Part shown: positions 17,562-25,499 of the stretch, piece by piece
How positions within the stretch are numbered: the first letter of the stretch is position 1
Layout: every line of letters starts with the position of its first letter
From: a virus
Taxonomy: Duplodnaviria; Caudoviricetes
IMG/VR virus record: IMGVR_UViG_3300022821_000022
Location: 1-57,892 of that record
Reading direction: 5' to 3' (one strand)
Length of the DNA stretch: 57,892 nt
The notes under the pieces: model-generated
What the model saw: the letters and a program-made list of their open reading frames with translations, nothing else
What the model was told of the DNA's origin: nothing
The model's database searches: none
Made by a program: the position numbers and the translations under genes

Positions 17562-18631
17562 GCTGCAAGGACCTCGTTTGACTTGGATATGACGTAACCG
17601 ACCGCAGATTCGTCCAATCCGGCCCAAATCGGGAGGCTAACCGCGTGTTTTGCGGCCTCCTCTGCGCCTGGGTAATCCGCCGGATCGAGGGTGTACACCT
17701 CCCTGAACTGGGCATGGTGGTGCAACGGGCGGTAATGACGGCCACATTCGACCCCATGCGCGGCCATAGCGGCGATATAGCTCTTGGCGTCTGGAACGTG
17801 GACGATAAACAGGTGGTGCGAGTGCCCCTTTTCACGCTCGGGCAGGAGGCAGCCACGCAATCCATGGCGGTATAACTGGGCTACTATGGCGCGTTCACGC
17901 CTCATGCGCTCGGCTCGGCCTAGCTGTACGAGACCTAACGCGGCCTGAATGTCCGTCATGTAGTAGCGGAAGCCTTCGTGAAGAACCTGGTGCTCCCTGT
18001 CCCCAATAAGGCGGGCCTTGCTGTCCGTATCGAATCCGTTCGATCTCATGCGCCGTATTCGCTTTGCTGTCTTTGGTGACTGGGTGACGTACATCCCGCC
18101 ACCGCCCGCCGTGATTGGTTTGGTCGCGTTGAAGCTGAACACCGCGTCGGCGTCCGCGCCTGGGTCGTATGGCAGGCAATGGGCGGCGTCCTGAATTATG
18201 GGCCTTCGGTTGCCCCACGGCTCCTTGGTCATAGAGCCCGCCATATGAACCGGCATATAGGCGCCGCAGTGGTTCTGCTTTTCGTGAACGTCTATCGCCT
18301 TGCCGGTAATCAACAGGGTTAGCGGGTCCACGTCGCAAAACACGGGCATACAGTCAGCAAGCTCGATTGCTCGCAGGGTGGCGGCGTAGGTCCAGACAGG
18401 GACAGCAACCTCGTTGTCCGGGTGAATTACGCTCGCCAGCAGCCCCATATGGAGCCCGGCGGTGCAGCTTGAGACCGCGACAGCTATGCAGCCATCACCG
18501 CACGCATTGGCGAAAGCCTCCTCGAACTCCTCGACCTTTGGGCCCTGGGTGATCCAGCCAGACCGCAGGACAGCCGCGACAGCCTCAACCTCGCCCTCGC
18601 CTATGCTCGGGTGGTGGAGCTTAATCTCCAT
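17558..18631 (-). CDS. DegT/DnrJ/EryC1/StrS family PLP sugar aminotransferase
   Basis: SGWITQGPKVEEFE, VSSCTAGLH, PVHMAG, QDAAH, FSFNATKPIT (catalytic Lys) and VSLPI motifs. Confidence 0.93.
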   Translation of the reverse strand: MEIKLHHPSIGEGEVEAVAAVLRSGWITQGPKVEEFEEAFANACGDGCIAVAVSSCTAGLHMGLLASVIHPDNEVAVPVWTYAATLRAIELADCMPVFCDVDPLTLLITGKAIDVHEKQNHCGAYMPVHMAGSMTKEPWGNRRPIIQDAAHCLPYDPGADADAVFSFNATKPITAGGGGMYVTQSPKTAKRIRRMRSNGFDTDSKARLIGDREHQVLHEGFRYYMTDIQAALGLVQLGRAERMRRERAIVAQLYRHGLRGCLLPEREKGHSHHLFIVHVPDAKSYIAAMAAHGVECGRHYRPLHHHAQFREVYTLDPADYPGAEEAAKHAVSLPIWAGLDESAVGYVISKSNEVLAA

Positions 18632-18830
18632 TGCGGAAAATCCCGACTAGCGGCGTGTATTTGAAGAGCAACTTGCGAGGCCACTCCCGGCCATAAACGA
18701 AGGCCAGGAACACAGCGGCCAAACAGGCAGCGATTAAGACGATTGCCAGGATCAAACTTGTCCCGACAGCGGCAGCGGCTAGGTAATTCGCCGCGAGGAA
18801 GAACGTGATAGCCCTACACAGATGGTCCAT
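18621..18830 (-). CDS. Small membrane protein
   Basis: 69 aa with a long hydrophobic stretch; overlaps both neighbours. Confidence 0.55.
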   Translation of the reverse strand: MDHLCRAITFFLAANYLAAAAVGTSLILAIVLIAACLAAVFLAFVYGREWPRKLLFKYTPLVGIFRNGD

Positions 18831-19939
18831 TAGTTAAGCCATTCATAGATATGGCGGAAGATTTCGGGCTGATAGAACAGGCCTTGCTCGGCGCCCGATC
18901 CGAGAAGCGTTACCGGCGTGAGGGCGTTGAGGGCCAGCCGTACCCGGCCTAGCGCCTTCTCGTTCGCTATCGTTGGCACGGGCAGAATAGGCCCGAGGTC
19001 GTGGGTGCCCAGTCTTTGTAGGCCATCGGGCATTAAATCCATCCCCGGCGGGTCTATGTACTCGTAGCTGATCCGCCGGTCGTTGGGGTCGCCCGTGAAA
19101 TTGCAGTACCAAGTGACTCGAAAACGACTCGTATTCGTGTAATCGAAGGCGTAGTGCAGGTCGTGATCCGGGGCGTCACCCAGGCAATTCACCACGGTCA
19201 CGCGCAGCGGCTCATGCTCAAGGTCAGGCCATGGGATACCATAGGTCCTCGCGGCACCACGTAGCCCAGCGGTCCAGATAACGTAGGCATTAGAAGGCAG
19301 GATACCGTCCGTATCGAAGTCGAAGGCCACGCCCATGCTCTTGAGCTTAACCACGGCGGCGTCAGCCAGGGCGACCATGCCATCCTTGGGGTAGAAGCTC
19401 GTCTGCTCTGATCGGTACTTCTCAGGCAAGGTGCGTTGATCCGGCCATGCGAGGAGGCCAGGGGCCTTGTCTGGCTCAAACTCGTAAGCCTCCAGGGTCC
19501 ATATCTCATCCATTATCACGCACCGATCGACTTTGATTAGCTTGTCCGCGTGGTCGGCAAGGATATCTGCATCGTCCACGTCCCAGAGAGATTTAAGAAT
19601 ATCAGGCTGGGCGATACCCGGAGGCGGGTTCGCGATGGGTCTCAGGTCCGGGTAGGGCGAATTGGTCTGTAGGTGGTCGCCAAACCAGCACCCAGCTATC
19701 TCACGGGGAATCGGATGATGGTCCACCGGCAGGTCGCGCCAAAAGCGGTCTATCTCGTCTATGCCGCACTCCGTATACCAGTGCATCCCGGCCTCGAAGT
19801 GGTGCGCTTGTTCGGTCGTACCTCGCCACAAGCCACCAGGGCCGCTCGCCTTTTCCATCACAGTCACATCATGGCCGCGAATTGCCAGCAGATAGGCAGC
19901 GGTTAGGCCAGCGGGCCCAGCGCCTACGACGTACTTCAT
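18830..19939 (-). CDS. FAD/NAD(P)-binding oxidoreductase (protoporphyrinogen oxidase / UDP-galactopyranose mutase-like fold)
   Basis: VVGAGPAGLTAA dinucleotide motif, EK...PGG, FEAGMHW, FYPKDGM. Confidence 0.8.
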   Translation of the reverse strand: MKYVVGAGPAGLTAAYLLAIRGHDVTVMEKASGPGGLWRGTTEQAHHFEAGMHWYTECGIDEIDRFWRDLPVDHHPIPREIAGCWFGDHLQTNSPYPDLRPIANPPPGIAQPDILKSLWDVDDADILADHADKLIKVDRCVIMDEIWTLEAYEFEPDKAPGLLAWPDQRTLPEKYRSEQTSFYPKDGMVALADAAVVKLKSMGVAFDFDTDGILPSNAYVIWTAGLRGAARTYGIPWPDLEHEPLRVTVVNCLGDAPDHDLHYAFDYTNTSRFRVTWYCNFTGDPNDRRISYEYIDPPGMDLMPDGLQRLGTHDLGPILPVPTIANEKALGRVRLALNALTPVTLLGSGAEQGLFYQPEIFRHIYEWLN

Positions 19940-20367
19940 GTGCCTTTGCCCCGAATCTCACTCGCAATCGACTCTAAGACAGACGCTATATTCGCCATAT
20001 GTGTCTTTGAATAGGCACATTCAGAAACGAGAGTACGGAAGGAAAACTCACGACCAAACGCTTTGTCCTCATCCCCGGCATCTTCCGCGCAAAGATTCCA
20101 ATCAAGGCTATCAACGACAAAAGTTATATCGCCATCTGTCCAGGGGTTAATCGCAGCATGTATATCCCCGACAAAATCGAGGACGGCAGCTTTGGCTATT
20201 TCATCCGTGGCAGCTTGGTACACAGCCTTGGCACCATCAAAGTCGAAGTGAAGGTGCTCAATCATGGCATTACCCAGCTTGGCCGGGTCGAGTTTGAGGG
20301 CATCAATAACCGCGCCTTCTATCGTCTCGGCACTATCCCAGTATTTAATCTCCATTTCGGCGCTCAT
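19936..20367 (-). CDS. Hypothetical acidic protein, tandem paralog 1
   Basis: MSAEMEIKYWDS...LKLDPAKLG...IASEIRGKG. Confidence 0.75.
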   Translation of the reverse strand: MSAEMEIKYWDSAETIEGAVIDALKLDPAKLGNAMIEHLHFDFDGAKAVYQAATDEIAKAAVLDFVGDIHAAINPWTDGDITFVVDSLDWNLCAEDAGDEDKAFGREFSFRTLVSECAYSKTHMANIASVLESIASEIRGKGT

Positions 20368-20810
20368 GGGCCTTTGCCCCGAAGCTCACTCGCAATCAAT
20401 TCCAAGGTGGAGGCCATAACCTCGGCGTGATTGTCCCTGGTATCCCCTTCCTCAAGGTCCAGGTTGCCCAGGCACTCCGTAATCACGGCGCGAAGGGACC
20501 AATGGCGATCAAACGTGGTGCCGTCGTCGCCAGCCGATTCCGCGTTGATCTTCCAATCAATGTTATCGACCAAGAACACTATATCGCCGTCTACCCAGCG
20601 ATTAACCTCGAAGCAGAGAGACTTAGCGAAGTCCACAACGGCCCCTTTCGCTATCTCGTCCGAGACTGCCTGAAAAGCAACCTGGGAATCGTCGTCGTCC
20701 AGACTAAGGTTGTCAATGATAATGCGGCCTAGTTTCGCCGGGTCTAGCTTGAGAGAGCCAATAACGGCATCCTCAATCTGATTGACACTATCCCAGTATT
20801 TAATCTCCAT
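20364..20810 (-). CDS. Hypothetical acidic protein, tandem paralog 2
   Basis: MEIKYWDS...LKLDPAKLG...IASELRGKG; aligns end to end with paralog 1. Confidence 0.75.
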   Translation of the reverse strand: MEIKYWDSVNQIEDAVIGSLKLDPAKLGRIIIDNLSLDDDDSQVAFQAVSDEIAKGAVVDFAKSLCFEVNRWVDGDIVFLVDNIDWKINAESAGDDGTTFDRHWSLRAVITECLGNLDLEEGDTRDNHAEVMASTLELIASELRGKGP

Positions 20811-20824
20811 TATTTAATCTCCAT
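20797..20824. repeat. Perfect 14-bp tandem duplication TATTTAATCTCCAT
   Basis: Copies at 20797-20810 and 20811-20824. Confidence 0.95.
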
Positions 20825-20913
20825 TTCGGCGCTCATTCGCCTTTTTCGCCTTATCAGCGAGGGCTTCAATGTATGGCAGCTTATGGAAAGGTAGTGACGC
20901 GCTGCAAAAATCA

Positions 20914-21528
20914 CTACGGGGCTTCTTCTCTCAGAATGTGGATACAGAACTCAAACGGCAGATAGCCAGCTTCGAGCGTCCACCGCTTAGACAGGGTTGA
21001 GGCCATTATCGCCGCCTGCCACGGGCTTATATGAAAGTCGGTAGGGCCCTTACGGTCGGCGCTCTCGTCCAGGAAGTCGATATGAAGCCCGATTCTGGTG
21101 CTTTCCCAGAGGAGGCGCATGGTCTCGGCTATGTGGTCCATGTGTTTGGGGCGGTCACGCTTGCCCATACGGGTAAACACGCCACACGCCACAACATGAT
21201 CCCAGGATACGCCAAACTGAGGCAGGTCCTCAACGGTCCCGACCTCGAACTTGTGCTTTGGGTATGCTTGGCGGGCATTGCCGATGAACCCGGCAAAAGG
21301 ATCAACGCCTAGATAGTTGTTAGATCTCACGACCTTTGCGAGGCCACCGAGGCCGCAGCCGAGGTCCAGGACAGTAGCGTGTTGAATGGAGCCGCCGGTT
21401 AGCTGGAGATACCGAGTGAGGCACTTCTCCTCCTTGGTCCAGCCGAGGGCCTTATTCGTAGCGCCGCATTGATTTAGCGCAGTCCGGTAGCTGGCGATAA
21501 CCGCAGGATCGGGGGCGAGTTCACTCAT
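20914..21528 (-). CDS. Class I SAM-dependent methyltransferase
   Basis: ALGW, VLDLGCGLG, YLGVD, WDHVVACGVF and YLPFEF motifs, recalled from methyltransferases in glycan clusters. Confidence 0.85.
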   Translation of the reverse strand: MSELAPDPAVIASYRTALNQCGATNKALGWTKEEKCLTRYLQLTGGSIQHATVLDLGCGLGGLAKVVRSNNYLGVDPFAGFIGNARQAYPKHKFEVGTVEDLPQFGVSWDHVVACGVFTRMGKRDRPKHMDHIAETMRLLWESTRIGLHIDFLDESADRKGPTDFHISPWQAAIMASTLSKRWTLEAGYLPFEFCIHILREEAP

Positions 21529-22237
21529 ATGGCAGAGGTCCCCATCCCGGTCCGGTCTCGATTAGGAAATCCAAGGCAGACAGATAGGGAATGAATGGCT
21601 CGCGGTGCTGTGGATACACCGGATGGTTTTCTGAGAAGTCCGACCATTCAATAGTTACTCCCGCCCGAGAGAATTGAATTTCTGAAACATATTGTCGTGC
21701 TGTTGGGCCTGATATGAAAACGTCGGCCCCTAGCCGCTGACATATTGCCAAGGGTCGGTAGGTTCTGTCCAGGTCTTTCGAGATTTCCATACCAGATACG
21801 CGCAGGGTCGGGGTTGTAATCCCTAGATGGTGTGCCATCCATTCGATAACCGCGATATTGAGGTCAGCCAGAAACTCGTGGTCCTCTGCTATCAGGTCCC
21901 GGAACTCCTCGACGTATTGCTCGACGTGCGGCGCGTTCCGATACCAGTTGCCCAGCTTCTCCGGGATATTTACCTGCCATAGGTCGCCGTGCGTCGTCAG
22001 CGGTAGCTCGTTCAGCATCAGGAATCCATCGCCCTTCTTGCCGCCACCATGCCGCGTGGGCACCGATAGCCAAGTCGATTGGTTCTTGGGGTCTCTCATA
22101 TGGTTCCGGTTGGCGTATCCCTTCCGGCTGAACTGCACGTCGTCATAGAACACGAACAGGTCTGCCCGGCGCATCATATCGAAGTAGCCCAGCCAGGGCA
22201 TAAAGTTGGGTTGGATCACAGCAACGGATACGGTCAT
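21521..22237 (-). CDS. wbqC: WbqC-family protein (putative glycyl transferase)
   Basis: IQPNFMPWLGYF, ADLFVFYDDVQF, NRN, WLSVP, YPQ and PYLSALDFL motifs. Confidence 0.92.
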   Translation of the reverse strand: MTVSVAVIQPNFMPWLGYFDMMRRADLFVFYDDVQFSRKGYANRNHMRDPKNQSTWLSVPTRHGGGKKGDGFLMLNELPLTTHGDLWQVNIPEKLGNWYRNAPHVEQYVEEFRDLIAEDHEFLADLNIAVIEWMAHHLGITTPTLRVSGMEISKDLDRTYRPLAICQRLGADVFISGPTARQYVSEIQFSRAGVTIEWSDFSENHPVYPQHREPFIPYLSALDFLIETGPGWGPLPYE

Positions 22238-22485
22238 GGGTAAAGCCTTCCATAGAAGCCCGATTGATAGAAGCCCGATTGATAGAAGTTCGATAGAGGG
22301 ACACGGGTCTGGCCCTGCCGGATTGAGGTCCCATAAAGGGCCATATCGCCTATCTCGCTCTGTATCCGATCCACGCTTGCGGCCAATATTCGCTGAAACG
22401 CGGCCTCTAGCTCTGGCGGGAGGTCAGGCCCTTCTTTGATGAATAGCTGGGTGTAGACGTACTCCACCTTGATCTCCTCTGTCAT
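22234..22485 (-). CDS. Hypothetical protein with 15-bp tandem repeat (FYQSG)
   Basis: ATAGAAGCCCGATTG at 22252 and 22267 plus a degenerate third copy at 22282. Confidence 0.5.
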   Translation of the reverse strand: MTEEIKVEYVYTQLFIKEGPDLPPELEAAFQRILAASVDRIQSEIGDMALYGTSIRQGQTRVPLSNFYQSGFYQSGFYGRLYP

Positions 22486-22603
22486 AGCGCCACCCCAAAG
22501 GGAAACCCGGCCACGCTTAAACATGGTCGGGCGTCGAGGGTTTGCGGCACCGTAAAATGCCTATGGCAATGGAGATCACCGCAGTCATTATAGGCCATGG
22601 TGC

Positions 22604-23104
22604 TCATTCGTCTAGCTCCGCGTCCACCATATCCAGGATGGTCTTTAGGACAGGCGGGACCTTGCTTTGCCATATCCGGCTGATTGCAGCGTCGAGCCGT
22701 TCATGTTCTCGGTGGTAGGCCCGCATCCTCACGCCATACGCCACTTGCCGGTAGGCGTCAGAGACAGACCGCAACGGCAATAAGTGAGTCTGCCGCACAG
22801 CATTACCAAAGGAATCGCCGTTGTTCGGGTGCTCCATCGCGTTCATTTGCTTGTTGATGGCCTGAACCGCAGCCTGCTTCTCGTCGTAGTGTGGTTCGGG
22901 CTCGTCAATGCCGCGCGCCTGCACTGCGTAAGTTTCTGGCAGCTTAAAGCTAACGGTCTTCGCATTACCCAGGAATTCCCTGTCCACCAAGCCCCGCATG
23001 GCGAGGGATTTAGCGTCCAGTTGCATCGACCCAACGGCAACGGCCCCGGCAGCACCGGCACCCAGGCGCAGCAGGTTCCGGCGTGATTTAGCTGTATTGT
23101 CCAT
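22604..23104 (-). CDS. Hypothetical protein with twin-arginine-like signal peptide
   Basis: KSRRNLLRLGAGAAGAVAVG N-terminus. Confidence 0.6.
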   Translation of the reverse strand: MDNTAKSRRNLLRLGAGAAGAVAVGSMQLDAKSLAMRGLVDREFLGNAKTVSFKLPETYAVQARGIDEPEPHYDEKQAAVQAINKQMNAMEHPNNGDSFGNAVRQTHLLPLRSVSDAYRQVAYGVRMRAYHREHERLDAAISRIWQSKVPPVLKTILDMVDAELDE

Positions 23105-23882
23105 TGCGCTCCCCTATGAAAGTCCGCCCCAGGTCCGTTAACTCAAGGCAGCCGTCGCCGTTCTTCTTCGCCAGTTTGGCGATATACATAGTTTGACGCG
23201 CCTTCTTAGCCGCATCCTCTGATATGCCCCACACTTCCGGGCAGACACCAGCGGGCATCATATGAGGGCCAAACGCTGACGAATGGGCGTGGATAGCCTT
23301 GAGGTGTGGGATTAGCGGTGTGTTGTCGTAGATCTTAGCTTCGGGCCCTGGTGGCATGGTGACCTCCGTTTGTGGCAATGGGTAGGTAGGTTGGTGTAGC
23401 TGGTGCATCTGAACACCTTGATAGGTTTGGCTGCCCAGCTTGATCGGGCCCGCCTCCTCGAAGAATCGCCGACTGGAGATAAACCCATAGACGCGGGCGC
23501 TATTAGGCCCTTCGGAGCCCATCTGCATAAGAATTTCAGCCTTGAGAGGGCTATGTTCTGCGATATAGGCGAACCGTGGATTGGATTTGAGAGCAGTCTT
23601 AACCTGTACGGTCCACCCCTTCCCCGGCCAGATTAGATCAACACCACCATCAAGCTCGCCCTCGGTTAGGACATCAGATACGGGATAGCCGAAATACTTG
23701 AGAGCACAGGCCTCCCCGACGATTCCACCGCGCTGTCGGATCGGCCAGGGCTTATGCAAGTCGCCTTCGTGCTGTTGAAAGCGGCCAAGATTGTCGAAGC
23801 CAGCCTCACGTGTCGCAAGCTCCCGATCAACAATGGCTATCTCAGCGGCGTCCAGGTGGAGGATTAAGGTTCGGTCAGTCAT
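23088..23882 (-). CDS. Putative PD-(D/E)XK-like nuclease fused to a wHTH-like C-terminal domain
   Basis: GIVGE...DGGVD...TVQVKT motif; C-terminal LELTDLGR wing; internal GGAGG-N5-ATG at 23357. Confidence 0.45.
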   Translation of the reverse strand: MTDRTLILHLDAAEIAIVDRELATREAGFDNLGRFQQHEGDLHKPWPIRQRGGIVGEACALKYFGYPVSDVLTEGELDGGVDLIWPGKGWTVQVKTALKSNPRFAYIAEHSPLKAEILMQMGSEGPNSARVYGFISSRRFFEEAGPIKLGSQTYQGVQMHQLHQPTYPLPQTEVTMPPGPEAKIYDNTPLIPHLKAIHAHSSAFGPHMMPAGVCPEVWGISEDAAKKARQTMYIAKLAKKNGDGCLELTDLGRTFIGERNGQYS

Positions 23883-23921
23883 TCCGGGCTCGCCGCGTCG
23901 AACGTCAGAGTTTTGCGTATC

Positions 23922-24566
23922 TTAGTCATTGTATATCCTTTCGATTACCGGGCCGCCGCGCTGTCCACGTTCCCAGATGTACCAGCCGTGGGCCGTGGGA
24001 GTACTACCGCCCTTCTTCTCGGCCTTACTAAGGCTTGCCATCCAGCAGGTCGCACGGGAGCCGCAGAGATAGATACGATTAGGCGGGTTGGCGTCCCAGA
24101 AGGCCTCGCGCTTCACTGATTCGTACCAAGCCCATCGCTGAAAGCAGATTATCTTGCGAGCGCCGTAAGCCTTGGCTGCCTCTATGAATTCCACCGCACG
24201 GCTAAACGGCGGGTTTATGAAGACCGTAGCATCCTCACACTCGACCGTGATCCGGTGTAGGTCAGAGCCCTCAACATGCACGTACTTCTCGTCCATCGGT
24301 TCGAGGTAGTTGACGTTGTAATCGAGACCGGACACCCAGGGGTAGATGTCATTCTGTATGACGTGGTGGCCCAGAGTCGCAGCGACGTATCCCATGCGCC
24401 CATCGCCAGCGCACGGGTCGATAACAACGTGAGTCATTAGCTCCCGGTCCAGTATCTTATGGATAGCCCACATTGAGGTACGCCAGAATTCAAGTTGTTT
24501 AACCCTCTCGGCGAGGAGAGAGGAGAACTCAGGTTCTTTGAAGTCGCATTCGGGGTAGGTGCTCAT
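23922..24566 (-). CDS. DNA N6-adenine methyltransferase (phage type)
   Basis: VIDPCAGDG motif I followed by INPPF motif IV; HGWYIW tail. Confidence 0.85.
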   Translation of the reverse strand: MSTYPECDFKEPEFSSLLAERVKQLEFWRTSMWAIHKILDRELMTHVVIDPCAGDGRMGYVAATLGHHVIQNDIYPWVSGLDYNVNYLEPMDEKYVHVEGSDLHRITVECEDATVFINPPFSRAVEFIEAAKAYGARKIICFQRWAWYESVKREAFWDANPPNRIYLCGSRATCWMASLSKAEKKGGSTPTAHGWYIWERGQRGGPVIERIYND

Positions 24567-24799
24567 GCCCTGGCCTTTGCTTTAGGAAGGGTGCCAGTCA
24601 AGAAGAACTCAAGGTCCTGGTCTGCCTTCTCATTCAGGAGCCGCAGCCCTATACGCATGACATCGTTATCACTGAGATTTAACTCTACACCGTGATATCT
24701 GGCGTTACTTTGGATATTGAGCAGCCGTTCTTGATCCCACTCGTTCAGGCGGACGGTGATGGCCTTTAGATTACGTCCTGTACTGTCTGTGTCTGTCAT
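24563..24799 (-). CDS. Putative ribbon-helix-helix DNA-binding protein
   Basis: KAITVRLN strand followed by helices (LSDNDVMRIGL). Confidence 0.5.
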   Translation of the reverse strand: MTDTDSTGRNLKAITVRLNEWDQERLLNIQSNARYHGVELNLSDNDVMRIGLRLLNEKADQDLEFFLTGTLPKAKARA

Positions 24800-24826
24800 A
24801 GTGATAATTCCTCTGTTTTTGTGTGA

Positions 24827-24844
24827 CCCGGCAGCCTAGCCGGG
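24827..24844. terminator. Short hairpin after the initiator gene
   Basis: CCCGGC-agccta-GCCGGG. Confidence 0.3.
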
Positions 24845-24848
24845 AGGT

Positions 24849-25499
24849 TTACGTGTTAATTTTCTGCGCCGCCGAAGCATTAGCATTAGCCTCGGGGCCT
24901 ACTTTCCCCCCGCCTCCTTTCTTTTCTTTCAACGGGACGATTGTTTTTTCAATCTCAGAAGCAGGTTCTTTGTCTCTGAGTGCAGGCGGTAATGAGTGTG
25001 CTAACACGTCATGATTAGCCATCGGAGGAGGGCCACCAGGGCCCGTATCCGAAGGGTCCGTATTCCCTCTAGAACTCTTTGTAGTTCTAGTTCCCCCCAC
25101 GTCCGTTGACTGCCCGTTATGCTCCCGTTTAGCAGCCGTTGAACGACCGTTGGCTAACCCCTTGCGTTTAATAGCGGATTTGCGCCCCGCATTTACACGC
25201 TGATCGTATGCCTTTTTAGACTTTCTCAATATTTCGCGGGCACGCTTCTGAACTAACTTGCCATTTTCGAGGATAAAGAACTCCCTAATAACGTCCTTAT
25301 GATCGGCCCATTCTGCCGCTGTCATTTTAGCGACGCGGGCCAATATCCGGTCGTCATTAGGGAGGGGTTTGGCTTGCTTGTAATAATGGAACAGGAGCAA
25401 CAGATATGCGCCGTGCTCGATGGTGGTCAAATGAGCGGTATCGGAGAGATAGTCGCCAATGTGGAATTGTACCCAATGAGTATGTGACGCCATCACCAA
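24849..25499 (-). CDS. YdaU/DUF1376 family replication initiator
   Basis: QFHIGDYLSDTAHLTTIEHGAYLLLLFHYY...PLPNDDRILARVA; next to a helicase. Confidence 0.88.
   Translation of the reverse strand: MVMASHTHWVQFHIGDYLSDTAHLTTIEHGAYLLLLFHYYKQAKPLPNDDRILARVAKMTAAEWADHKDVIREFFILENGKLVQKRAREILRKSKKAYDQRVNAGRKSAIKRKGLANGRSTAAKREHNGQSTDVGGTRTTKSSRGNTDPSDTGPGGPPPMANHDVLAHSLPPALRDKEPASEIEKTIVPLKEKKGGGGKVGPEANANASAAQKINT
25103..25151. promoter_or_regulatory. Putative replication-origin iterons
   Basis: CCGTT at 25103, 25114, 25125, 25136 and 25147, exact 11-bp period, inside the initiator gene. Confidence 0.6.

Noticed and set aside
13522-22237. Host O-antigen locus contamination or GtrABC serotype conversion
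   Set aside because: The genes are coupled to phage genes on both sides with similar composition; no flippase, polymerase or bactoprenol transferase is present.
13522-22237. DNA hypermodification cluster as the primary interpretation
   Set aside because: No hydroxymethylase, nucleotide kinase or phage DNA polymerase was recognised, and both transferases resemble protein-acting families. It is not fully excluded without nucleoside analysis.
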